64,000 bases of DNA from Candidatus Saccharimonadota bacterium (lineage in GTDB: Bacteria; Patescibacteriota; Saccharimonadia; Saccharimonadales; VXPC01): positions 62,230-126,229 of the forward strand of contig JAPOWB010000008.1 in assembly GCA_026707815.1 (NCBI GenBank). The letters are read 5' to 3'. The notes beneath the pieces were generated by a model. The model was given only the letters and a program-made list of their open reading frames with translations, had not been told where the DNA came from and searched no databases. Both the position numbers and the translations under genes were made by a program. The first letter of the stretch is position 1; every line of letters begins with the position of its first letter. This document shows positions 39,539-50,602 of the stretch, piece after piece.

Positions 39539-41071
39539 CTATATTAAAAAGAAATATTTTAAGGGAATACTAACAATGTTATCTGCCTCATGAAGTCGTA
39601 GTGGTGTCTTAGAAAAAACAAGCCCATAATCACACCTAATATTCTGCATTGTCTGCTTAACTTGATCAATATTTTTAACTCCCCAGCCGAATTCTAAAGC
39701 TACCTGATGATGATTATTGACTTGCAAAATAAAATCGCAATTGGGTTGGCGCTTCTTGATATAAGGATAAGTTAAAAAACCTTTCGATGTAATGACAAAT
39801 TCCTTGTAATAATGTAGAGTCGCCACATCTTCTAATAAATCTCCCTGCTTACTAGCAAGAGTCGCTGATTTACCAACTGGACTACGTAACACACTACGAC
39901 TAGAAGAACTCATAAACTGATAGCGAGCAGGAGCTTTAATATTATATAAACTACTGCCATAGGCTGGTATTTTAATTAGTAATTCTGCTTTAACTAAAGC
40001 ATCTAACATTGATGCAATCAATGGTCGACTCACGCCTAATGCATCGCTTAAAGTAGCCAGACTGGGGGTTTCTGTATTATCAGCTATGATTAACAACAAT
40101 CTTTTGATATTAATTATAGATTCATATCTAAAATTAAATCGAGTATCAGTCATCAAATCATTGACAATTATCTTTTCAAGAGTGTTGAGTAATTCTTTCT
40201 GAAACTCAAACTTATTATCATATTTTAAAGCAAAGGGCATAATATCTGATAAAATATACGGTTCTATATTATTTTCATCATATTGACTCCATGATCTAGC
40301 AATCTGAGGCTCCAATTTTTGTAAGGCTTGATAAACTTCTCTTGCTGATTGACAATAATAAAGGCTTTGAATGATTTGATTTTTCAAATCTTTAACTGGA
40401 TATAATTTATGAGCTATTGTCTGGTATTCAGTGAAACTTAAGGGATATAAACGTTCTATACATGCCCTACGACCAGCTGTATTAGCATCCATCTGCAAAT
40501 AAGTAGCTGATGAACCAGTGCAAATCATAAATAATTGGGGTGTCCGATCATAAACAGTCTTAAGAAATTGAGACCAATTTCTGTCTGTTTGGACTTCATC
40601 AATAAACATAAAAATCGGCTGTTTAGCTTTATATAATTCGCAACCCAATATTTGTTCATAGACTTCTATAACATCACTTAAATTAGCCTTAAAATTATTA
40701 ATAATATCTAAAGAGATATAGATAATATTAAATTGTTCAGAATCTTTCTTATGTTGCACAAATTGAGAATACAGTTTAGTATAAATTTGTCCAATTAAAG
40801 TTGTTTTGCCAACACCCCTTAAACCCGGAACGACTATCCAGCGGGGTTTCCTATTATCAGCAATAAAATCCTTAACATATTTATCTAGTCTTATTTCCAT
40901 ATTTCTAGATACATACTGGCTTTGATTGATTTCATTAACAAGATGATTATCGCCAATCTGACGCAATAAATAAGCCTCTAGAAGATCTTTTTTATAATTC
41001 ATAATTATTTCTAGTAAAGGTAATTTTACTAAGAATATTATTTTAAAGCAAATTAATTTTACTAATAACAC
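39539..41071 (-). CDS. AAA+ ATPase (paralog of 3287 and 11107)
   Basis: GLRGVGKTT, FIDEVQ, TGSSATYLQMDANTAGRR. Likely start is the internal MNYKK. Confidence 0.87.
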   Translation of the reverse strand: MLLVKLICFKIIFLVKLPLLEIIMNYKKDLLEAYLLRQIGDNHLVNEINQSQYVSRNMEIRLDKYVKDFIADNRKPRWIVVPGLRGVGKTTLIGQIYTKLYSQFVQHKKDSEQFNIIYISLDIINNFKANLSDVIEVYEQILGCELYKAKQPIFMFIDEVQTDRNWSQFLKTVYDRTPQLFMICTGSSATYLQMDANTAGRRACIERLYPLSFTEYQTIAHKLYPVKDLKNQIIQSLYYCQSAREVYQALQKLEPQIARSWSQYDENNIEPYILSDIMPFALKYDNKFEFQKELLNTLEKIIVNDLMTDTRFNFRYESIINIKRLLLIIADNTETPSLATLSDALGVSRPLIASMLDALVKAELLIKIPAYGSSLYNIKAPARYQFMSSSSRSVLRSPVGKSATLASKQGDLLEDVATLHYYKEFVITSKGFLTYPYIKKRQPNCDFILQVNNHHQVALEFGWGVKNIDQVKQTMQNIRCDYGLVFSKTPLRLHEADNIVSIPLKYFFLI

Positions 41072-41180
41072 TCATTTCTCAAAAAACTAATTTAGTTATA
41101 CCTTATATATCAGATTAGTTGTCATCAAACATTAAAAAATATAAGAAGCATCTTTCAATTGAAGCTCTAATAATTTTTCC

Positions 41181-43832
41181 CTAACCTTCAATAAGATCTT
41201 GATAGACTAAACGAAAGCCCAGATTAGCATGTTGTTCTTGATGATTAATTTTTAAATCTAAAGCTGGTTGTAACAACAAGAAGATATAACCCCTCACTGT
41301 AATTGCGGGAAAGCTATCTGGTGCCCAAAAACGCCACAAATTTTCTTCAGCATACCTGTTAGGATCTAAAATAGTATTTGGCAAACCAGTTTTGGGATTA
41401 ATATCTTGCAATTTCATTAGTCCGGGATGAGCATAAGGGATTTGATGATGCTTTAGTCGACCCTTAAAATTAGTATGCTTATCATTGATTTCAAGGCAAG
41501 GTTGATCTATGTATTGACTATTATTAACAATAACTGTATCTAGAAATTCTGTATAATCACTAGATGTTAACGATTGAACCATATCATCGTCATTAATAGC
41601 CATAGCATCTTTTAAGACTTGATAGTACTCAGTTAGAGTGAGCAGTCTGCAAGACTGAGATGCTAAAAGCTTCTTTACCGTTATGTAGTTAACATTAGTA
41701 ATCCAATTAATGTCTCCTCTTTCAAAATTCAAATCTTGATAAGTGGCTAAGGTGCGAGAAACATATAATTGGCAACTGTTTGAATAAAAGAATCTATCTA
41801 AATCAGAAATTATCCGAGCTATGCCTGGCCCCAATAGCAGTCTGGGGAGTTGAAAGCTGATGTTTGTATATTTAACCTCCGTATTAGTGATTTCAATCTT
41901 GGGTTGCATTTGTCTTTTACGATAATAATCAAGTATATAAGCATGAATATATTGAATTAATGATTGCCTCAGTTTAGGTAATCTATTTTTGCCTAGATAG
42001 ATTAGAAAACTGCCTTGTTTAAAATTGATACCATCGTATTGAGCTAAACTAATAATAATAGCCGCTAAATTTTGTTGATTCAAAACTGAATCCACTAATT
42101 GACTTATCTGATTATCAATATTCTGTTTGTTCGTTTGATAATATTGATTATCCAATTTAATAACTGATATCCCAAAATTGCCTAAATCCTGCTTATAATC
42201 CCTCCAAAATAGAGATTGCATTGATTCAACTGATAAAAATTTATCCATCAATGGCTGATATATCTGAGACAGATTGTCATCTGACCAACCAGCTATACTT
42301 AAAAGTTGTTGCCAAAGACATCTATCTTTAGCTGTCATATTTTTACGCAAAGAAGATAAATCTGCCTCTAAAAGAGTGGCTTTGATGATTAATCTGGCCA
42401 TATCTGCATCAATCTGAAATCCACCGGCCAAATATTTATAAACTATTTGCAAAATGCTATTCCAAGCTAATTCATTACTGCAGAATATATCTTGTCTTTG
42501 AGCATAATAATCAGGCAAAATGTGATGGTCAATGATGCCATCAATGAATTTTGGGTATTCATGATAATAAGTATCTATTAACACCCATCTCCCCAGCCCG
42601 CTATCAGTGGTTGCTTTATATAAAGCTGAATCAGTATAAATGAGTTTGTCGTCTATATTTTTGGGCAATAATTCAATTACTTCAAGAGGGAGATTGTCAC
42701 CACATATCACTGGTACAACTGTTCTAGCTTCATAAAATTGAAGTCTATAAGCTTCTAAGATGGCTCCGATGATAGCATCGGCATCTGGATGCTCATGCCC
42801 CATAACTAGAACTATGTCCGAGTTATTTTCCAAGGCTTGTTGCAACTTTAATTTAATTGTCTCTAAATAATATAAAAGATTTTGTGGAGATAAAGTCAAA
42901 TCTGATTGGTTTTTAGAAAGGAATAAATTACTGAATAGGTTATCTCGTGGAATTTCAGAATGATAAACGTAAATTGAACCGACTAGGTCTAGATAAAGTT
43001 CCCTATAATACTTTTGATCAGCTGATGCCATTTGTTGGACCTCCGCCAGCTGTCGAATTAAAATATTTCTGATGGTCGCCCAATTGATAGAAGGTTTGTT
43101 GGTTTGTGGTAGCTTAGATTTAAATTGGTCGGTGATTTGGCTTAAGTATTTATGATTATCTAAAAATTGAGAGCTCGGTTCAGTAGCCTCAATATTGTCT
43201 CTCACTTCACGAATGCATAGTGACGGTTGATGGGCATCGAGCGGAATATCCATATCTAGCGACAAGGTATCTGAAGAAAGGACATAGCCCCTAATAGCCC
43301 CTACCCACTGCTCCGTCCGATGAGGTGACCAGTATTTCCAGGCAACTCCTTGGGTTTGCAGATTAACAAAATTCTTGACTATTTTCTTCGGATAAATTGA
43401 ATCTTGAAAATTTGATTCCATAAACCAAGCTGGTCTACCAGTCAAAATATTTGTGGCTAAACTAGATTGATTTACAATCTTATTATCTGCAATAGTGGGA
43501 TGATTGATTAATCTAATCTCATTCTGCTGATCTCGATAATAAACAGTATCTAACTATTCAGCATATTCTTTACTGGTTATTTTTTTATAGATATCAGGTT
43601 GAGTCAAGTTCTCTCTTAATAAAATTATATAGTCTTCAGTCGATAAAAAAGAACTTCCTAATTGTTCAAGCAATTTCTTAGCTTGCAAGAAAGTCAGATG
43701 GTTAATTACTCCAGCTTGATTCCAATTTAATTGAACACCAACTTGCTTGGCAGCCCTAATCACTCGGCTGCTGACAGTTAAAGGTTGTAAGGCAACATAT
43801 TTCTTAAGTTGATGAGAATAGATATAACTCAT
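41181..43832 (-). pseudogene. DHH/family II pyrophosphatase-like fusion protein with duplicated flanking domains; one in-frame TAG at 43554-43556
   Basis: ORFs 43554-43913 and 41181-43445 are in the same frame with an open linker. GHEHPDAD, IIDHH and RDYK motifs. Confidence 0.7.
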
Positions 43833-43860
43833 ACTATTTGAGCTTGCAATATATAATAAT

Positions 43861-46095
43861 CTAGCCCTCTTCCATATTGGATTGAACTGAGTGTCTGAAA
43901 TGTGATGTAACATAGGTAAGACTATGTCTCGGCAATTCTAAGCCGAAGATTTTTCGGAATAATTGTCGTTGTTGTTGACTGGCAGATTGACCTTCTATGA
44001 ATCTCATATGATCTCTCACTAGAATCTTTTCATCAACAATCCATAGTTTATTTTCGTCTTGCTTCATTTGATATTGCTTAAAATTATTGCCGATATAACT
44101 CCTCAGTTTTCGATAAGCATCTACATGGTCTAATTTACCCAACTCATTAAATTGATAACTTATTTTGAGTTTTTCTACGTTATTTTCGTAATGATAATAA
44201 TTTTCATATCGTTTAATTCCCTTTTTATCATAAATGTGACGGACTAAGCTCTTATTGTAGATGTCATAACCCTCTATTATTCTGAGTCTACCCTGCTTGT
44301 CGAATTTGTCTATACGATGAATTTGATTGCTATCAAAGTATACTCGTTGAAGTAATTTATCATTGCTGTCATGTAGTTCTCGTTTCATTAATTGATCGTT
44401 CCTATCAAAAATATCTTTAACCAAACGACCCAACTCATCTCTGGAATATTCCTCTGAATGGAGGAGTTGATTGTGCTTGTTATAGAATTGCTTCCTTGAT
44501 GGATAATTCTTCCTTTCTATAAATTTAGATATTAACCGATTGCTATTATCGTCATACTGACAAGTTGCTGTATAGTATGTTTCTCCACTATCATCCATTT
44601 TGGTCTCGACAGTAAAATTAGAGCCATAGATTACACTTTCCCGCAATTTTTCATTTTTATCATGTAGTTGCTGAGCTATCTTTTCGGAGCCCCTGAAGAC
44701 AGTTGTAATAAGCCAACCTTTGTCATTTCTGGCATACTTTATGGCGGACTCGACGACGCCATTGATATAAAAGAAACATTCTCGTTGATGAGTATTCAAA
44801 TGATTTTCCTCTCTCATAAAAATGTAACCTTGGTCATCTCTATGATAGATCGTCTTATGCTGAAGAGCTTCTTTAAAATATCTCAAGGTTTCTATTTCGT
44901 ACTCTTCACTATCATCATAAAGATGACGAATTTCTGTTTGTCCTTGAATAACAATCAGTGGCTTATAGTGTCCTCGCTTGTTTTTCTGATACAGAACATC
45001 ACTAGTAATTACTTCGTTGCTACCATAAGGTCCGTGCTGAAAAATAAGCTTTCTGAATTGACCATTGGGCAGAGGCAGATGTTTCTCTAGTAGACTCCCC
45101 CGATTATACTCTCGGTTAGCATCTCTTTGATACACTTCAGAGCTCACATAAACCCATTGAGAATTACTTTTATCATAATCATAGTGATCAACATTAAGGG
45201 TATTTTCCTTATACTCGTAAATTTCTCGGTCTGTGGCCAGATGTTTATTCTCTATTGTTTGCGGAGAATAAAATGTCCGACTCTTTAAATTGCCATTTTC
45301 AGCAAAACGATGTAGTTCATGCAATTCGCCATTTACGAACAGGAATCGCGCTTTTTTTCTGCCTAAATTCAATGAGGTGCATTGATCTTTTTCAAATATA
45401 TCTCTATATTCCCAAACAGGTTCTTCAGTCTCATTATCTGCATAACTGTAATGATCGATGGCTATAACATTGTCTTCATATCTATAAACATCTTCAGAAT
45501 CCAGTTTTACTTGTACTTTGTCATGCATAATATTTTTAGAATAGAATTTTTGATTGCACAACCTACCAGATTCTGGATCTAAATATCGCTGCCACCGCAG
45601 ATGATTCGATGCATCTCTTAGCGTATCTATATTCCAAATCTTGCCGTTAATATTATTGCCATATTCTATGATTCTATTTTGACCATGGAAGACGGTCGAC
45701 GGCTTCTTTGGTTTGGGGCTGTGAGGATGCCATTTAGTTGTATAGGATTCTTTGCCGCTAAACCTTTCAGTCTTAGGAACAAGTTTATTGCGGTGTCTTT
45801 GCAAATATAACTCAGATCGTATTTGTTCTTTCTTGGCATCAAAAAATGTTCGTAAATATACTCCTTGCTGGGAGTTTTGTATGTTTTGTATTACAATCTC
45901 TTCATCTTCAGCTAAAACAGTTTCTCCAGCTTGATATTTGACCAGTAAATCTATCAGTCTAGAATCACGTATTCTAGCGATTGATAATGGCTGATAGTCA
46001 ATATCAACAATGGCTTCAGTATCAGAAGCAGTCTCAACGCCTTTAGCATCGTTACTATGAGGAGGGGTTCGATCTGCTTCCTTTAAGGCAGTCAT
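43861..46095 (-). CDS. Large degenerate YD/MORN-like repeat protein
   Basis: Recurrent short (Y/F/H)D..G.L-type units in the C-terminal half. Confidence 0.6.
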   Translation of the reverse strand: MTALKEADRTPPHSNDAKGVETASDTEAIVDIDYQPLSIARIRDSRLIDLLVKYQAGETVLAEDEEIVIQNIQNSQQGVYLRTFFDAKKEQIRSELYLQRHRNKLVPKTERFSGKESYTTKWHPHSPKPKKPSTVFHGQNRIIEYGNNINGKIWNIDTLRDASNHLRWQRYLDPESGRLCNQKFYSKNIMHDKVQVKLDSEDVYRYEDNVIAIDHYSYADNETEEPVWEYRDIFEKDQCTSLNLGRKKARFLFVNGELHELHRFAENGNLKSRTFYSPQTIENKHLATDREIYEYKENTLNVDHYDYDKSNSQWVYVSSEVYQRDANREYNRGSLLEKHLPLPNGQFRKLIFQHGPYGSNEVITSDVLYQKNKRGHYKPLIVIQGQTEIRHLYDDSEEYEIETLRYFKEALQHKTIYHRDDQGYIFMREENHLNTHQRECFFYINGVVESAIKYARNDKGWLITTVFRGSEKIAQQLHDKNEKLRESVIYGSNFTVETKMDDSGETYYTATCQYDDNSNRLISKFIERKNYPSRKQFYNKHNQLLHSEEYSRDELGRLVKDIFDRNDQLMKRELHDSNDKLLQRVYFDSNQIHRIDKFDKQGRLRIIEGYDIYNKSLVRHIYDKKGIKRYENYYHYENNVEKLKISYQFNELGKLDHVDAYRKLRSYIGNNFKQYQMKQDENKLWIVDEKILVRDHMRFIEGQSASQQQRQLFRKIFGLELPRHSLTYVTSHFRHSVQSNMEEG

Positions 46096-46318
46096 ATTTT
46101 TATATTTGTTATGTTCCTTTAATCATAACACAGCATCCCTCCGAATAACCGTTAGCTCCTTTGTGAATATCAAAAAACAAAGTTCTGTCTATTCAAAGTG
46201 GTAAAAAACCTGATAACACTGTCAACCGATATAAATACCTTAAAACTCACTATATCGCTGACAAATGCACTAGCAAATTTAAGAATCTTAGATTTATCCG
46301 ATAACTTTTTCTGTTCGT

Positions 46319-47476
46319 TTAATATTGAGATGAATAATCTATGCCATCTATATAGATAGTGACAGGTTCTTTTTGACGAATAGCTTGTAAAACTTCGGTC
46401 AGAGGAGCATAGAAAATACGAATATGAGCTACTCGTCTTAAGCCCTCACCCTCGTTAGATAGAATCTTCAAAATCTCTAAACGTTCTCCAGTATCAATAA
46501 TATCTGAAATTTGTCCAATTGGAGTCTGAAAAGCAACCTCTAAAACTATAGGATCTTCATGGCGATCTTCTAGATCAAAGAAAAAATCATGAATGCCTGC
46601 ATTTAAGGCGGTTTGGGGATTTTCAGAAAATTCTTCGGCCAACTCTGAAAAACTAGCTCCATTTTTTAATCGGACTTCTATATCTTTCATTCTCTGAAGA
46701 GCATTATTCTTTAGTATAACGTCCATAACTCTGACAACCTTTTTTTGTAATAAATTCTCGGCGACAACTTGACGATAATCTGCAGTAGACCAATCCCAAA
46801 AATCATCTAAAATACCCTCAATCTCTTCAGGATCAGAAGCCAATTTGTTCTGCCTCCTGAGACGTTCTAATTCTTCATCTATCTCTTGTTCTGTTACTGT
46901 TAATTGATACTGGTCAGCTAATTTTTGAATATATGTCGCAGTAATAACTCTTTGCAAAGCCTGTTGCTTAAGTTCCTGCAGCGAGATTGTTGCTTGGGTG
47001 GTTGAATCATTAAAATCAACCTGTTGTTGTATTTCAAAATAGTGAATTTGGCGATGCAACTGCTTCAGATAATCTTCATAGGCAATCCAAGTGGATCCTA
47101 CTCGAGCTACGGGCAAAGGAACAAAGCGAGTGATATTGTACATAAAAACCGAATAATCTTGAGCATGATAAAGTCGCCAGTAAATAATACCTGACAAAAT
47201 CAAAAAGGTGATTGAGATAACGCCCAAAGACCATAAAACTGTTTTTTGATTGGTATGAACCAGTAAATGAGCTTTCAATTTCTGAGCTCTTCTCAGAGTT
47301 CTTTGGCGGTATTTCTCAACTGCTCGAGTCTTTAAAATTTCTTGAGCTTCTAAATCTTTTTCTAATTTAGAATCAGAAATGGGATCATCAACCTGACCGC
47401 CTGCAGATCTCTGCTCTAAAGCCTGCTTGCGTCGTTTAATAAATCTTGTTAGCCAAATAAATCGAACTTTTCTCAA
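46319..47476 (-). CDS. SurA/PrsA-like peptidylprolyl isomerase/chaperone
   Basis: TM anchor, PVARVG, VTEQEIDEEL, SFSELAEEFSE and GQISDII motifs. Confidence 0.85.
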   Translation of the reverse strand: MRKVRFIWLTRFIKRRKQALEQRSAGGQVDDPISDSKLEKDLEAQEILKTRAVEKYRQRTLRRAQKLKAHLLVHTNQKTVLWSLGVISITFLILSGIIYWRLYHAQDYSVFMYNITRFVPLPVARVGSTWIAYEDYLKQLHRQIHYFEIQQQVDFNDSTTQATISLQELKQQALQRVITATYIQKLADQYQLTVTEQEIDEELERLRRQNKLASDPEEIEGILDDFWDWSTADYRQVVAENLLQKKVVRVMDVILKNNALQRMKDIEVRLKNGASFSELAEEFSENPQTALNAGIHDFFFDLEDRHEDPIVLEVAFQTPIGQISDIIDTGERLEILKILSNEGEGLRRVAHIRIFYAPLTEVLQAIRQKEPVTIYIDGIDYSSQY

Positions 47477-47552
47477 AATTATATTTTCCCATTATATCAG
47501 TTAGATATTGGGAAAATCTAGCCTCGTTAATATTTTTTCAAACCTATCCTAA

Positions 47553-49406
47553 CTAGAATAAGTATTGGCGAATATCTGAAACATTAGTTCGACCTTGCTT
47601 TATGAACGCCTTAATAGTTTCTATCTGCTTCAAAGCTGAAGATTCATACCAAATAGCTTGATGGCTAACTAGGCGGGGTTTAAGGAGTTTTTGATCAGTC
47701 CAACGCCTAATGCTTGAAGCTGGTATTTGAGTTTTTTGGGCTAATTTAGAAAGAGTGAGAAGTCGTTTTTGCAAAAACATCTCAACTAGCTCTGGCTGAT
47801 TAATAATAGATTTAATAAGCTGATTATTCCTTAATCCCCCAAGCTGCAACTTTTTAATATTTTCAACCTTTGCCGAAATTGTTGCATCAAACCAAAAACC
47901 GCCATTAGTTATATGGATGGAATTCTCAACTAAGCCTTCATTAGTCCATTTCCTGATGGTTTGTTCCGCCAAATTATGTTTGACTGCTAATTGACGGAGA
48001 TCTATCAGTTTCCCAGTTATGATTAATTCTGATAAATCAGGATTATCTAAAATGCATTTAATGGATTTTAAATTAAGTTGGCAGGCTTGGAGCTGATTAA
48101 TCATGTCTAACCTTTTCAAATTCTCATCAGTATTCAAATAAATCGTTCGAGTTGGTAGCCCCATATCAGTCAAAAGCCCCATTTGATGATAGAATCTAAT
48201 TGTCCCTTCGGGAATTTGAGTTAACTGGCTGAATTGTGCTAAATTAGTTCGACCCTGATAATCATCAATATGATCTAAGATTTCATCAAAATTCGGTTTC
48301 TTGAAAATTTCCTTAATTTCATCAAAGGTAAATCCTTTGCTAAGGAAGACATGAATATTTTTGACTAGACTAATATCTGCTTGGATGAAAAAATCCCGAC
48401 CATTGAATGCAAAAGTTGGTTGAATCAAATCTTGCTGAATAAATTTTTGTATATACCCCTCTGGTATTTGGCTTTGTTTTCTAAGTTCGTAAGCTGAAAT
48501 CAGAGCTGGTCTTTGCAACCATGTTTCGGCTGTTTCTTGCAAAAGATTAGCTTGAATAATTGATTTCAAAGCTTCATTGGGTAAGCCTTTATCTTTCAAA
48601 AGCTTAATGTGTTTAAGATAGTCAATTGTCGATGGCTGGTAGCATTCAATGTTCTTCAGTTTGAGAACTTCTACTAGATTTTCTTGAAGTAAGTAATTAA
48701 AAGTAGCGGGTTTGATCTTAGTTAATCTAGTTAATTGCTCCCGATTATAAAGTTGAGGTTGGGATTTGAAAAATGCCACAGATTGCTCATCCTCTAAAAC
48801 AGCTTTGACTTCTTGATGTTTGGGAGAAAGATTGAGTAAATTCTTAATCAACTCAATCTGGGTTATAACTTCTGAATCATATCTTGGATGTTGAGCTTCT
48901 GATTGCCGACTTATAGCAATCAGTCCGGACTTAGTCAACCGTTCCAACTGAGATCTACTGCAACCAGTTAGTTCAAGTAATTGATTAATGGTATAAACAT
49001 TTTGATTCTTCAAATTATCAACAACCTGACTGATAGTCCCTTCCTTGATTAGGATTTTAATTTGTTCATATGAATAGCCAACTTGAGTCAAAGCCTTAAT
49101 TTGATTAACTTGCTCTATGTCAGTCTCTTTGTATAAACCTGTGACTTGATTGGGGTCATCTTTGATTGTTTCGATTAATTTGGCTTTTGCATAGATTATT
49201 AAGGTATTATTTCCAATATCACTCCTCTCCAATAATTCTTTTCGAGAAATCAGCTTCTGTGTAAGGGATAAAATTGTCGATTCTTGAGATATTGAATTAA
49301 ACTCAGGATTGATAGACATTGAAGAAGACTGGTTGCTTAAACAACCATTCTCTAATCTGTGAGTTGATTTCTTTTCGAACATTGAATCATAAACTCCAAA
49401 AGGCAC
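47553..49406 (-). CDS. Protein of seven tandem MerR-type HTH domains
   Basis: About 80-aa repeats, e.g. LAQFSQLTQIPEGTIRFYHQMGLL and LSKLAQKTQIPASSIRRWTDQKLL. Confidence 0.8.
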   Translation of the reverse strand: MPFGVYDSMFEKKSTHRLENGCLSNQSSSMSINPEFNSISQESTILSLTQKLISRKELLERSDIGNNTLIIYAKAKLIETIKDDPNQVTGLYKETDIEQVNQIKALTQVGYSYEQIKILIKEGTISQVVDNLKNQNVYTINQLLELTGCSRSQLERLTKSGLIAISRQSEAQHPRYDSEVITQIELIKNLLNLSPKHQEVKAVLEDEQSVAFFKSQPQLYNREQLTRLTKIKPATFNYLLQENLVEVLKLKNIECYQPSTIDYLKHIKLLKDKGLPNEALKSIIQANLLQETAETWLQRPALISAYELRKQSQIPEGYIQKFIQQDLIQPTFAFNGRDFFIQADISLVKNIHVFLSKGFTFDEIKEIFKKPNFDEILDHIDDYQGRTNLAQFSQLTQIPEGTIRFYHQMGLLTDMGLPTRTIYLNTDENLKRLDMINQLQACQLNLKSIKCILDNPDLSELIITGKLIDLRQLAVKHNLAEQTIRKWTNEGLVENSIHITNGGFWFDATISAKVENIKKLQLGGLRNNQLIKSIINQPELVEMFLQKRLLTLSKLAQKTQIPASSIRRWTDQKLLKPRLVSHQAIWYESSALKQIETIKAFIKQGRTNVSDIRQYLF

Positions 49407-49764
49407 AAGAGAAATAATTCTTATAAATCATATAATAATTTGTTAATTTTGCAAAAAGCAAACTTAATCAAATCATTTCGATAGAGTAATAAACCTTATA
49501 CACAATCACTTAAAATATTAAGAAATTGGAATTGTATAACCATCCAAATTATTAAAGATGGGATAAATGCTGTGGGAATTTAAGTCGACAATTAAGTGCA
49601 AAATTGACTCCAAAACACTAATAGTTTTCTCGTGTGATCAAATTTGAGTCGCTTGATGTGTGTTTGTAGGTAGTTTTCATACATGAAACAATGTCAGTAG
49701 TTATCTTGATTTTTAACTCAATATTAGCTAGTATGTGGGCAATGTATGATGTGCTTTAGTATGT

Positions 49765-49830
49765 CACTACAGGAGGGACGACTCGATTGAGCGTCGCAGA
49801 AGGACTCTTTATAGAAGAGTCTCTTTTGTT
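49765..49830 (-). ncRNA. Candidate DUF3800-associated structured RNA
   Basis: Two adjacent hairpins immediately after the stop: GACTCTT-CTATA-AAGAGTC and GACGCTC-AATC-GAGTCGTC. Confidence 0.45.
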
Positions 49831-49831
49831 T

Positions 49832-50602
49832 TTAGGGCAATAATTTTTTGCCATTTCCTTTAACTCCTGTATTTCCTTTGTAATATTTATCTTGAATCAC
49901 TGAGATTACTTGAGCTGTAAAGTTATCGCTTAAATGATCTATATGGTTATAAGCTTTTAAGACATCTATTTTAGAACTCAGTGCAAGCAAATCAGCCATT
50001 TCCAAACCACAAATGAGATGAATCTTTTGCCTGAATTTAATTTTATTATTGGCTAATCTGAGTTGAATATTAATCGAACTAGCAAAATCTGAGCTGGAGG
50101 CATAAAATTTACTGAAAGCTTCTTGAAGTTCTCTGTCTTCTTTTTTACCTCTAGATTCCGCCATCACGTCGCCACTGCTATTTTTGCTTAGTAAAAAGGA
50201 ACAGTATCTTTCCATGATGCAACGTAATCCCCAGTGATAAGGGTGAAACGGCTTAAGATATTTATCCTGATGCTTGTTCTTGTCTATAACGACTGTAATT
50301 ATCTGATAATCCACATCCCCCACCAAAGACAAAAAATCCTGGTTAAAGCTCTGCTTTATAGTTTCATCTTTAATAGCTATAAAATTATCCTTACCAGCCA
50401 TGATATCGCTTAGATGGAGAGGAGGCTTATCATCATAATCTTCATAAAAATATGATCTGATCTTTTCAATTTTGGGAATTACTTCTTTCTGATAAACTTC
50501 TTGCTTTAAGATAATACCCGTCAAACTCAGATAGCGTTGAGCCATAATTTGGCTACGATGATATCTATGATCTCCTGATTCGTCGATATAAAGCCTATAC
50601 AC
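49832..50602 (-). CDS. DUF3800 domain protein
   Basis: LYIDESGD N-terminus, ESRGKKED and GLEMADLLA motifs. Confidence 0.85.
   Translation of the reverse strand: MYRLYIDESGDHRYHRSQIMAQRYLSLTGIILKQEVYQKEVIPKIEKIRSYFYEDYDDKPPLHLSDIMAGKDNFIAIKDETIKQSFNQDFLSLVGDVDYQIITVVIDKNKHQDKYLKPFHPYHWGLRCIMERYCSFLLSKNSSGDVMAESRGKKEDRELQEAFSKFYASSSDFASSINIQLRLANNKIKFRQKIHLICGLEMADLLALSSKIDVLKAYNHIDHLSDNFTAQVISVIQDKYYKGNTGVKGNGKKLLP

Noticed and set aside
41181-41400. Diversity-generating retroelement target suggested by the LGFR ending
   Set aside because: No reverse transcriptase and no TR/VR repeat pair seen in the window.
7591-43556. Stop-codon reassignment suggested by two in-frame TAGs, or UGA=Gly as in some CPR lineages
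   Set aside because: Intact genes here end at expected positions with TAG (pilin B, Phd, rnhA) and TGA (gyrA, ndk, pilC). Nonsense mutations or base errors are more likely.
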